Assembly: GCF_030144855.1 (NCBI RefSeq)
Contig: NC_082714.1
Location: forward strand, 144,832,001-144,896,000
Direction: 5' to 3'
Length of the DNA stretch: 64,000 bases
Source: Hypanus sabinus
Lineage: Eukaryota
Under the pieces are notes generated by a model, which was not told the origin of the DNA, searched no databases, and saw only the letters and a program-made list of their open reading frames with translations. How positions within the stretch are numbered: the stretch's first letter is position 1; every line of letters begins with the position of its first letter. Both the position numbers and the translations under genes were made by a program. Of the stretch, positions 1-10,880 are shown one piece after another.

Positions 1-164
1 GCATTTCTTAGTCCAGACAGTGCACCCCTTACACGCCCTTTTCCTCACTATTTTCAAAGATTAAGACTGAAACAGAAGTGGAAATGAAAACAATGGCAGC
101 TGGGTCCTAATTTTAACACCAACATGAAGAAAACAGGTAAAACATTATATATATTTTATACCCA

Positions 165-706
165 TGTGATAGGTTAGTGCACACAGTACTAATCTGGAGC
201 ATTGTGTGCTCCAACCTACAGGAGAGATATTAATCAGATTCAAAGAACACCGAGAAAATTTACAATGATGTTGCCGGAACTTGAAGACCTGACTTGTAAG
301 GAAAAGTTGAACAGATTCGAACTTTATTTCCCAGAGCTTCTGAGAATAAGGGGAGATTTGATAGAGACATACAAAATTATGAAGGGTATAAACAGGATAA
401 ATGCAAACAAGCTTTCCCACTGACGGTGGTTGAGACTAAAATAAGAGGGCATAGGTTCACAGTAAATGGTGATGTTTTTCAGAAGAACTCCTTCGCTCTG
501 AAGATGGTGAGAGTGTGGGACAAACCACTTGCAGAAATTTTAAATTCAAATTTTAAACAAGATTTGGATAAGGACATAGATGAGAAGGATAAGGAGGGGT
601 ATGTTCCATATGCAGGTGGATGGGCCAATAGTTAGTAATATCAGTTCAACATGGACTGAATGGGCAAAGCCTTGCTTCCGTCCAATAGTACTCTCTGACT
701 CTATAA
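165..706 (+). mobile_element. CR1-type LINE, 5'-truncated 3' end (degenerate)
   Basis: ORFs 202-423 and 426-635 give degraded CR1 ORF2 C-terminus (RGDLIETYKIMKGI, TKIRGH, VRVWDKP); ends in a CTCTGACTCTATAACT tail like other CR1 copies here. Confidence 0.85.
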
Positions 707-839
707 CTGTAACAGTAGCTACACCACCATAAGGAACATAGTTAAGTAATTATCAGTATAGCAAATCAGACTTTAAACTCCTCGCCAGGTATGAGGTTTC
801 CTACAATACTTTCTCTCTACACCTTCCTTTAGATGTGTC

Positions 840-1126
840 ATGGAATCATAAACTCATAAAAAACTACAACACAGAAACAGGTCCTTACTCACATCCAGTC
901 TGTGCCAAACCATTTAAACTAGCCCATCGACCTACACCGGCACCATAGCCCTCCATACCCCTGCGATTCAAACCTCTCTTAAATGTTAAAATCAAGCTTG
1001 CATGCACCATTTTCACGTTTCACACTCTCATGCCCTCTTGAATGAAGAAGTTTCCCCTCATGTTCCCCTTAAACTTTTATCCTTCCACCCTTAACCCATA
1101 ACCTTTAGTTGTAGTCTCACCCAACA
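840..1126 (-). mobile_element. CR1-type LINE 3' end
   Basis: Reverse complement of the CR1 3' region; similar to 52741-53165 and 61375-61668. Confidence 0.8.
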
Positions 1127-2234
1127 GGTAACTTTGGTCATCAAGTAACATTCCGGAGAGGACTAGAACTGCAAGACAAAGAAAAGTAATGGGACTGCTT
1201 GTGAGGTGGAAGGAAAATGCAAAAACAGTGCTGCAGAATAAACAGCTCCTGAAGAACTTCTGGTGACCAAGGATATTTAGGATGCACTGAGATCTTGGCA
1301 CTTCTCTAAAATTCTTCTTTATCCTTGATTCCATTAGGGCTAATGTGAACAATCCTGCATTCTGAGTCACTCAGCCCAATATCCCTCATTAATAACTTGA
1401 ATCATTCAACAACCACTTCATACCTTGCAGATTCCGAAGGCAGTTTAAAGAAAAGAAGACTTGCAAAGGCAACTTCCTTCCTGCAAACCTGTGCAACAGG
1501 TTCACGTCAATGAGACACATTTCCAGAGTTTTCATCCTAACTCACACCAAATCACTGATCACTGCTGTCCCTACTGCCTGCACTATCATTTAAATAGAAT
1601 CTTATTTTAAAATTGCTCCCTTTGCTTTAAATCAATCTGTCACACCTTGGCTTACCTATTCATAAAGCTTCCACCAGGCTAAAAATTGTACAAGATCTCC
1701 ATGCTCCTTCATTTGTACACATCTGTTTTTCATGGCTCATTCCATTAGTAGCCATTCTTCTTTACCTGCTCGGTTTCTTTTGTTCCATACTCTTTCCTAA
1801 TACATTGCTCTATGTTGCTTTAATAGTTCAGTGTCAACTTTTGTTTTGTAACCTTTCCGTGAAAGACTTTGGGATGTTTAAAAAAGTGAAGAGAAATGAG
1901 GTGTTACTGTGAATTGAAGAGGAGTGATGTTATGGGTTGGAGATGGATCACCCGTATAGTAACAATGAAAGGAGGAATGAATGTTTAGGAAAAGTGAGAG
2001 AATGAATGTGTGCTTCTGTGATTGGTGCATTGGGGAGATGGTTGGAATGCTTCACCTGCTGTTAAAATTAGGACTTCAGGTGCTTTATTTTCAGAAGAAG
2101 TAAAAAAACAGGGTTAGTCAAAAGCTTTTAATGAAAAGACGGAAACATCTTCTTTGCAGGTGGGCAACAACATACCATTAGTTTAATGCAGTTTGTAAAA
2201 GAAATTTAGTTTCTGGATTTATTCTGAAATGATA

Positions 2235-2424
2235 ACCTTTAAATCAACCATGGTTCCTCTTCTTATTCTCAGCCATATTCTATGACACTTTATTCTGCAT
2301 TATTATTGTTTTACCTTATTCTAGCTCAAAGCAGTTTTTAATGATCTGATCTGTATAAATAGTACGCAAGACTAGTTTTTCACTGTATCTTGTTGCATGT
2401 GACAGTAATAAACCAATACCAATA
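2235..2424 (+). mobile_element. Rex1/Babar-type LINE 3' tail fragment
   Basis: TTTTCACTGTATCTTGTTGCATGTGACAGTAATAAACCAATACCAAT terminus typical of Rex-type tails. Confidence 0.6.
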
Positions 2425-2494
2425 TGCTTCTTGTAGGCCACTCCCCTCCCAGGATTACAGTAATCTTGTAGTTACGTGATATCTCTTGCAGCAT

Positions 2495-2993
2495 TGAGAC
2501 ATCCCAATGCATTTTACAGCCAATGAACTGCTCTGGAGGTGTAGTTATTCTGGTAGTGTAAGAAACAAGCAAGACATTTTTACACAGCAAGATGCCACAA
2601 GACGGAGTAAGGAACAAATATTAGCTGGGGCACTAGGAACACAGTCTATTTTTATTAAAAATAATACCGAGGATCATTTCCATTCACCCAAGCAGCCAGA
2701 GCTGTAACAAGTCTTTGGATTAAAGGGTGCAATGAATAATCTGCTGCAAGATCTCATTGTGTCAAGCAGCATCAGCAGAGGATAAGGAGTATCAATATTT
2801 TTGGATAAAGCTCTGCAGATTATTTGTTGCTCCTGATTTTAGTATCTCTAGTCTCTTGTATATCTATTAGAAAACATGGTTCTTTCAATAATATGGCATC
2901 ATCCAAAATGTTTGTATTGTATTCTCTGGGATGAAATATGAATCTGTTACCTTCTAATTGAGAAGTAAGTGTTCCCACTGAGCAATAGCTGAC
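2495..2993 (-). mobile_element. Deu-domain SINE (SacSINE1/AmnSINE1-like), old, interrupted at ~2724-2870 by a Penelope-end fragment
   Basis: ACATCCCAATGCATTTTACAGCCAATGAA...GTGTAGT...CACAGCAAGATGCCACAA resembles the reverse-complement Deu domain/tail; ACCTTCTAATTGAGAAGTAAGTGTTCCCACTGAGCAATAGCTGAC resembles the tRNA-derived head (from recalled consensus). Confidence 0.7.
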
Positions 2994-3810
2994 AATTGTA
3001 CTAACGACGATTCTATGCAATAGAGTGATGCTGCTTCACTTCGACCCTTTCTATCAAGAGAAGCAAGAATCATTTTCAACCTTCATTTCACATTTTGCTT
3101 TAATGATGACAGGCATTTTCAATTTAATCAAATTAAACAAAAGTTTGTCACTGGGAAACATTAAAAAGCAGCAGAAATTGATGTTCTATAAGCCTGGAGA
3201 AACTTATCATTTGAAAATGAAATATTTGACAAGGTATACATTTTGCAAAGGTGCTCCTTGATAAATATTCTGTTTATTGATTGTTTGTTCAAATTTGCAC
3301 AATTCAGGAAAAATATGTACATTGTGAATATTCCATATCTGTTGCATGTACTTTAAGACAAAAATTATTTTACATGCTGGCAGTTTGAGCTAACTCAGAA
3401 TAATTTCATAAGAAAACGGTAGATTTGAATTTACTTTGGTTTCTTATCGCTGTCTTCTATCTTCACAATGTATTGTCCCTCTGGTTCATTTCTAACATAT
3501 TGTGAAAAAGGTTCCACTTCAGCACAGGATACAATGCAAACAGTGACAGGGAGCCAGTTTTTTGGATGAATAAACATGACCTGAATTTGATCTATCATAT
3601 GAATGAGATATCTGTATTCAGTGGCTGAACTATTACCCTTTAGCTTTCATAAACCTCTGAGCCTGTACTGATTCTACCCTTGGAAAGTGGATTTCTCGAT
3701 GACAGGCTCCTCTACAGTACTCCACTTCTCCAAAAGGAGGACACTTGATAGAGAACCGTCCACCTGGGGCCAATCCGAAATCTGCATGTGTGATTGAATC
3801 CTTTAGGATT

Positions 3811-4024
3811 TGTGGTGAACTATGTGCCTGTTGGGACACGCCCCCTGCTGACTGCTCCTGTGGCTCCTCCCACAGGCCCCTGTATAAAGGAGATCTGAGG
3901 CCTGACGCTCGGCCTCAGTCTCCAGGACATTGTATGATAGACACTCACTCCTGGTTCCTTCTTCCAGTCAATAAAAGCCGATATCTCGCCTTACGTCTCA
4001 GTGTGAGTTATTGATGGTGCATCA
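3811..4024 (+). mobile_element. Solo LTR (214 bp), probably Gypsy-type
   Basis: TG...CA ends (TGTGGTG...GCATCA); perfect 5-bp TSD GGATT at 3806-3810 and 4025-4029; TATAAA at 3883-3888; AATAAA at 3970-3975; GC/CpG-rich relative to flanks. Confidence 0.85.
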
Positions 4025-4394
4025 GGATTCGAACACAGAATCAGTTTAATGCTGCTTTGATTAGGAGCAGCAAATTCTATTTGTTAAGCAGAGAGAACAA
4101 TGTGTCCTTAATTGGGAAGATCTACTATTGGGCAACTGCTGGTCTGTTTTGCATTTTTATTCACAAACTAATTGGCCAAAAACTTATTAATACAGCATAT
4201 GTTGTAAAGAGGTGATCTAACACAAGGCATTAACCTTTTAACTGCAAAACTAATTGTATTATTGCTTCATTCTAAAATGAATGATACCCATGTATCATTA
4301 GATAATAACCCATGAAGGGAAAGAGACTTAGCATGAATGAATTGGGCTGAGGGGCCTGGTTTTGTACTGCTTAACTCTATGACTTTTTTGATTA

Positions 4395-4612
4395 GTCGTA
4401 AGATATAGATGTCACTGGAAAAGCCAGTTCTTATTTGTCTATCAGATTGTCCTTAAGAAGGTGGTGGTGAGCAACCACATTAAACGAGGTGCAATACATA
4501 TGGTGAAAGTAGTCCAGCTGTTGGGTTTAATCCCAGTGAACACGAAAGGTCAGAGATAGATTTCCAAAGCAGGGATGTTGCATAAATTGGAGATGGTGGT
4601 ATTGCAGTGATC
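4395..4612 (-). mobile_element. Ancient CR1/L2-group LINE 3' fragment
   Basis: AAGAAGGTGGTGGTGAGC family, also at 7985-8670, 43690-43960 and ~49170-49330. Confidence 0.55.
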
Positions 4613-5116
4613 TCTATCAAAAGGGATTAAAGGTTTTATAAAATCATTCAGCACAGAATTAGGCCCTTTTAACCCACCTCAGCCATGATGATTACGATGC
4701 CTATCCACGATAGTTCCATTTGCCCGTATTATCCCTTGCAGATTTCCTCTCCAAAAACCTGTCCACATGCCTTTTTAACTTTATAATTGTACGTGTCTCT
4801 GCTCACCTTGTCTGGAAACCAATTCCAGATATTCACCAGCCTCTGTGTGAAAATCATACCCCTCAGATCGCCTTTGAATTTCTTCCCTCTTACCTTACAC
4901 CAGTGCCCTCCATTTCTAGACTCCTCTGCCTTGTGATAAAGATTATGACTATCTATCCTATCTATGCCCCTTATAATCCAAATGAGAATAAAACCAACCT
5001 ATCCAATCACTCCTTATAAATCCAGCCCACTATTTTAGGAATCTCTTCTGAACTCACCCTATTGTTTCATCATCTTTTCTGTAGTTTGATGACCAGGACT
5101 GAACACAATATTCAAA

Positions 5117-5766
5117 ATATGAAGAACAACACTTTCTATTCCAACTGGACAGTCTATAAGACAATGATGTGTACAGTGTATTTTCCAGTTCCAGGTATCC
5201 TGCACCTTATGCGCTCCTTTCTGTCTCCTTCTGATCCACCCAGGTTCACTCACCCCACCCTTTCTAACTCCTCACACCACCCCTGGTTACCCAGTTTTGT
5301 TTCCCTATTTAGGTTTCCTGGCTACTTGGTTCCATCTCCCTCTCTTTCCTCCCTTAACTAGTTCCACATTCTTACCTTTCTTAATTATCAGATTGCAGCA
5401 TCTGTTGCCTTTTGTATCTGCATTTATCACCTTCTAGTATGCCCCACCTTCTCCTTCCCCTCTCCCTCCAAACCTTGCTCCATCTAACCTTCTCTTCTCT
5501 CCTTATCGCTCTCGACTTATTGCCCAACCAGCCACGACTCTCAACCCCACCACTCCATCTGCCCAAAACCCTCTCCTCGCTTGCTTCCACCTATCACCTG
5601 CTGGACCCTTACCTAACCCCTCCCTCTAACCTCATTATACCGGTTACCTCCCCTCTACATATTCAGTCATGATGCGAGGTTTTGACACAAAATCCCAATC
5701 ACCCTTTTGCGTCTACTGATGCCGCCTGACTCACTGAGTACTTCTAGTAATTTGGTTTGTACTCTA
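5117..5766 (+). mobile_element. Penelope-like element 3' remnant
   Basis: Encodes degraded EEQHFLFQLDSL (GIY-YIG C-terminus), pyrimidine-rich tract, then GATGCCGCCTGACTCACTGAGTACTTCTAG end shared with other PLE remnants. Confidence 0.65.
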
Positions 5767-5993
5767 GGTGCTCTTTAAACAATGTCTTGTTCAACAGCAA
5801 TGTAACATACCTGTTCTTACTCATTGTCCTGGCCTACGAAGACAAGTATAACAAATGCCTTTTTCACTGTCCTATCCACCTATGGAAAACTTTCACAGGC
5901 GCATGTCTCTCTGTACATCAAGGCTGCTAAGGCTGAAATTTACTCTTTATGCCCTACTAGAGTCTGATATCCAAAAAATGCAATGCTTCACAT

Positions 5994-6237
5994 TGTTGTT
6001 ATTTAACAACTCAGTAATATTTGAGTAATCTTGTTTCTATATATGTATGTGTATATATAAATTTCCTGATGAAGCATTCTTGTTTGCTTAAATAATTCAT
6101 TAAGAATACGGGAATTGCTTACATAAACATGATATGTGCACACCTCACTTAAAGTAAACAGAAAATTAGACTCATATTTTCGACTCCTGTGTCTTCCTTT
6201 CAATCAGTTTAAAGTTTTGAAGTTACAAAACATAACA
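5994..6237 (+). mobile_element. Solo LTR-like element (family 2)
   Basis: TGTTGTT...CATAACA ends; interrupts a colinear CR1; 3' half recurs at 43972-44118; TSD degraded. Confidence 0.6.
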
Positions 6238-6293
6238 TACTTGTCTAAACTAAATTTCATCTGATGCCTTTCTGCCCCGTTTTCCAGATGATA

Positions 6294-6802
6294 GAATGCT
6301 GTGCCAAAAGTCTTAGGCACATTGGTGGATATAGTTAGGGTGCCTAAGCCTTTTCCACAGTACAGTATTAATCAACATGGAGAGGGAGAGAGATTGTAAA
6401 TCTGGTGGGAGCAAAGGCTGTTGGGATTTTTGAGGGTGTAGGACAGAGAAGGAGTTGCGAGGCAAGTGGCGTGGGTGCAGACACACTTAGCCCTGAGACA
6501 CTAGGCAAGCTCTTTTGATTTCAAACAATTGTTTTATTGATGATTACAGAATGTCTCCCTGGTGTTTCCCGTTCCCTTCCCTCTCCCTTCCCCTTTTCCA
6601 ACATGATTCCTTTCTCCTTACCCCCTTCCCACTCTTAGTCCAAAACAGAGACCTGTATCATAATCAGGTTTATTATCACTCACATAGGTCATGTTTTTTT
6701 TGTGGCAACAGTACAGTGTAATATATAAAATTACTAGAGTACTATGCAAAAGTATTAGGCTCCCCAACCAAACATTTATGCCCAACACCTTTGCACAGCA
6801 GT
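6294..6802 (-). mobile_element. Composite Tc1-type non-autonomous element (copy 1 of 4)
   Basis: Hairpin units built from CAGTACTGTGCAAAAGTCTTAGGCAC at both ends (6294-6365, 6737-6802); body is the reverse complement of 12260-12655. Confidence 0.8.
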
Positions 6803-7164
6803 TATGTCCCACTGTGTTCTTCTTCGCTATCTATAATGCTAATAATTTGGGTGTTGTCTGCAGATTTACCAATCATACCAAGTCATTGCAAATGAGCGGT
6901 GCAATTGTATTGATCAGTTAATAGTTGAGCTCTACACCTTCGTAGTGTTAAAACTTTCAGTTTAGAAATTGCTTCCAACTTTGAAAAGAATGTTTAGTTT
7001 TTGCACTGTCTGAAATCTTGCCTGTTGCTTGAGTTTAGAACTTCAGAATTTAACAACTTCTGCACACATTTCTCATAAATCACTCCACAAACTTCACATG
7101 CAAGGGATGAAAAATGACTATATTGTTTACTGATTAACACCTCTGTGAGAAGGATGGAGGGCTT

Positions 7165-7443
7165 AAAGCACAATCATTTTACAGTGCTAGCTGAGAAGAT
7201 CAGGGTTTGATACCCACGACTGTCTGTAAGGAGTTTGTACATTCTCCCCATAACCACAAGGGTTTCGTCCCAAATTCCAAAGATGTAGGCTAGGATTAGT
7301 AAATTGTGGGCATGCTATGTTGGCACTAGAAGTGTGGCAACACTTGTAGGCTTTCCAACACAGTCCTTGATGATTTTATTTGATACAAATGCCATGTTTC
7401 ACTACATGTTTTGATGCACATTAACAAATAAAGCAAATCTTTA
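7165..7443 (+). mobile_element. tRNA-derived V-SINE with Rex-type tail
   Basis: B-box-like GGTTTGATACC; V-domain GTAAGGAGTTTGTACATTCTCCCC; tail TTTCACTACATGTTTTGATGCACATTAACAAATAAAG. Confidence 0.75.
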
Positions 7444-7984
7444 AAAAATATTTTATATATTTTATGAATTTGCAGGCTGATGGAAGCTTTGTATTTAAGA
7501 AAATGGATCAGTGATAAATTGCCAGTAATAACTGTATATAAGGGAAGGATGTGGGCAAACAGTTTAACTGTATAGTAACATAATCCCCTGGCAAATACCT
7601 TGCACAGGATCAAACCATAAACTGAACAAGGGTTCTCTGTTGCAATTCCATGAGTAAAGAATTGTTATTAGTAATAGATATGTGCAAACTCAATAATAAC
7701 TATTTGTGAATTGAAATGTTAACCGTTTGAAAATAGAAATCTTGTCAATGTCTCGTATGTTACGAAAAAGAGGCCACAGATGTAATCTAGGAGTAAGTGA
7801 GTTCATAATGGGGAAAAAAAACACACACACAATTATGTTTGGGAAGATGGAAGAGAAATTCTGAATATCTCTGAAGAGCATCTTCACAAACAAGAGACTG
7901 AACATTGCTCAATTTGTCAATTGTGAAGTTTTGTGGCAAGAAGGATAAAAGGATATAGTGCATTTACCTGAGAATTTGTTTTTC

Positions 7985-8670
7985 AAGATCTGAGCATCAA
8001 TAGAAATCTCAACATCTGTTGTCCACCTTCCGCCTCAGAAGGTGGTAGTGAGTTACCTTCTTGAACTGCTGGGGTCCTTATACTGAAGATGCTCATACAT
8101 TGTGATTGGGTAGAGAGTTCCAGGATTTAAATCCAGAAGAAAAGAGGGACCAACTCTGGATAGTGTGGAATTTGGAGAGGAACCTGCAGACAGTGCTGTT
8201 CCCATGTACCTTCTGCCCTTGTCCTTCTTGGTACTAGAAGATGCAGATTTAGGAAGTGGCATTGGAGGAGCCTATGTCCATTTTGCAGGTACGTGCTGAG
8301 CACAACTTGAGGCAGATGGGATGTCAGTCTAACAGGCTGCTTTGTCCTGGATGATATCAAGCTCTTTGAGTAGTCTGAAGCTGCACTCAACCAGACATGT
8401 GAAGAATATTGAATAGTAATTCCAACTTGTGCCTTGCAGGTAGCAGAAAGGCATCAGAGTGTCAGGAGAGAGTTTCTTACTTCAGGATTCCTGACCTTTG
8501 ACCCTCTCTTGTTAACCTGGCAGAATTGTTGTGTTTGTGGACAGTGGTGAGTCCAGATGCTGACAGCAGGGAATTCAACAATATTGAAGGTAGTTGGGTA
8601 ATTGCGTGGCCTCTATTCTGTTGGAGCTGATGCTTGTCTGGCACTTTTGAGGTATATGTGTTACTTGCCA
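7985..8670 (-). mobile_element. Ancient CR1/L2-group LINE 3' region
   Basis: Reverse strand encodes degraded PRRTRAEGTWEQHCLQVPLQ (ORF 8127-8390) followed by a WNSLP-type motif. Confidence 0.65.
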
Positions 8671-8837
8671 CCTATTATTGAAGAGGAGTCATTTAATTCC
8701 AAATCTACACATTTAGATTTGCCTGTTTTTTTATGGCATCACAGCAGTACGCATGTATTGATAAGTATCCAATGGATATGCTCAATAACTGTGTTGCAAA
8801 TTAAGAGCACATTTATGGAGCAGTTATTGGAAATTGA

Positions 8838-9092
8838 GTGGTGGCATGGTAGTGTAGTGGTTAGCACAGCATTTTACAGCGCAGGCGACTGGTTCAATTC
8901 CTGCCACTGCCTCTAAGGAGTTTGTATTTCTCCCGTGACACCCTGCATTTCCTCGCAGTCCAAATACGTTAATAGGTCATTATAAATTGTCCTGTGATTA
9001 GGCTAGGATTAAATCAGTGGATTGTTGGGTGGCATGGCTTGAAGGTCCAGGAGAGCCTATTCCATATGGTATCTCAATAAATAAATAAACAA
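8838..9092 (+). mobile_element. V-SINE
   Basis: A-box GGTAGTGTAGTGGTTAG; B-box GGTTCAATTCC; V-domain; (AATA)n tail. Confidence 0.8.
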
Positions 9093-9400
9093 ACAATGAA
9101 GCCTACATGATTGTAATTCCAGAGTTTTGTTATACAGCATGTTGGGGTAAGAACACCAAAGTAGATAATGCATTCAGATCAATGAACAACATGGAACTAT
9201 TAAGGAAAGCCAAAAACCTTGGAGAAGTACTTTACTGTTTGGGTTTACTTGCAACTGTTAATTGACATTTATATTGTTATAGATAGCTATAATATTTATA
9301 TTATAGATGCTGCATGACTTGATCAAAGTTACCTAATAATTTGAAGGTTGTCTCTAGCTTTGCCCTATTATTGGTAACATATTAATTCAGAAAATGTGTA

Positions 9401-9588
9401 GCTTGGGTGGTTGATCATTGCACTGAGTTGTTCTCCAATCATGGCAATTTACTTGCAAACGTTCCATCGCCATACAAGGAGACATTGTCAGTGTGTCGCA
9501 ATAAACAGCACACTGACCATGTCTCCTTGCATGGTGACGAAGTGCTTGCATGTAAATTGCCAAGATCGGAGAACAGCTCAACCCAAGC
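9401..9588. repeat. Long palindrome, probable MITE
   Basis: 72-bp arms at 9424-9495 and 9509-9580 (12 mismatches), 13-nt loop, outer GCTTGGGT/ACCCAAGC pair. Confidence 0.8.
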
Positions 9589-9819
9589 ATAACATAACAA
9601 ATTTCTGATCTAATTTAAGTTACTGGCAGAATCTGACTGTTTGAATGATGGGTTTCCCAGAAATTCAGAAGAAAAATCAGGATCTGACCTAGTTAATCAT
9701 GTAGAAACATAGTTATCAGAAATTATGTAGATATCAATGACATGCTTTTATTAATATTTTAAGATTTTACATCTTTTATGTTTCTTACTTTGTTTTTACT
9801 TTTGCTCCTCCCTAATGGT

Positions 9820-10002
9820 AATAATGAGGAGAGAGCATGACCTTGGTGATGGGAGTCCTCACTGATGGATGCCGCCTTTTAGAGGCATCACATTTTTAAG
9901 ATGTTCGCTGTGCTGGAGAGGTTAGTGCCAGTGATGTTGCTGGGTGAGTTTGAAACCCTTTGCAGCTTTCTCCAATCCTGTGCAATGGTCCCTCCATACC
10001 GG
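9820..10002 (-). mobile_element. Rex1/Babar LINE fragment
   Basis: ORF 9888-10133 contains YGGTIAQDWRKLQRVSNSPSNITGTNLSS, the Rex C-terminal motif. Confidence 0.7.
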
Positions 10003-10125
10003 ATTCCTCCGCTTCCAAGTAGAATTTGCCTTTGTGTCTGTGTATTGTTAATAAGTTGGGAAGGGATTATTGACCAAAATAGAATCAAAAAGCCATACAA
10101 TTGTGAACCTGAGATTGGAATCTTG

Positions 10126-10316
10126 AACAACACAAAATGCTGGAGAAACTCAGTAGGTCAGGCAGTGTTTATGGACGAAAATAAACGGAGATTCTGGCTT
10201 CTGTTCCCTTCCTTTCCAGTCCTGATGGAAGGTGTCAGCCTGAAAGGTAGACTGTTTATTTCCCTCTTGAGATGCCACCTGACCTGCTGAGTACCTCCAG
10301 CATTTTGTGTGTGTTA
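10126..10316. mobile_element. Penelope-derived inverted-repeat element
   Basis: ACACAAAATGCTGGAGAAACTCAGTAGGTCAGG ... CCTGACCTGCTGAGTACCTCCAGCATTTTGTGT arms; degenerate hammerhead core near 10227-10264. Confidence 0.75.
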
Positions 10317-10880
10317 GTTATAGAATCATCTAGTGCAAAATCAGGCTCCTAAGACTGTTCTGTCCATTATCCATTTGCACTAACCATACACTTAATTCCA
10401 CTTTATCCTCCTGACATTTGCATCAGCCCCCCCCCCAGATTCTACCACTCCTATGCATTCAGGTCAAGTCTAAGAGATGTATTATCCAATGAGATTGAGA
10501 GTAAACCGGAGCACTGGCAGCCACAGTGGGAATGTACAAGCTCTATACAGACAATCCCAGAGATCAGAATTATACATGGATCTTTGGAGTAGTGAGACAG
10601 CATCTCTGTCAATTAATCGAATTGTCAATTAAATGGAACAACAGTGCTTTTCTTTTCCTTTCAATGCAATATGAAATGTTAGCTGCTCCTCTCTCCGTAG
10701 ATGCTGGCTGACTTGCTTGTATATTTCTAGCTTAGTTCATACTTCCAGAGATTGTAATATATTGCTCTTGAATTGCTTTCTCTGATGCTTTTAATTATGT
10801 TTATGGAATATATTGCTGACTACAGACAAATGCAGAGAGGTTGAATTTTGTTGCCTTGTTCAGATCTGGAGAGTTCAGTG

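Larger units (their letters stand above)
4640..6890 (-). mobile_element. Old CR1 LINE split by three nested insertions (5117-5766, 5994-6237, 6294-6802)
   Basis: Colinear reverse-complement CR1 pieces at 4640-5116, 5767-5993, 6238-6293 and 6805-6890. Confidence 0.75.

Noticed and set aside
3480-3640. Possible second Deu-SINE fragment
   Set aside because: Similarity too weak to support by eye
8838-8912. tRNA genes at V-SINE heads (also 12844, 46425, 52685)
   Set aside because: A/B boxes are present but there is no cloverleaf, and they run directly into the V-domain
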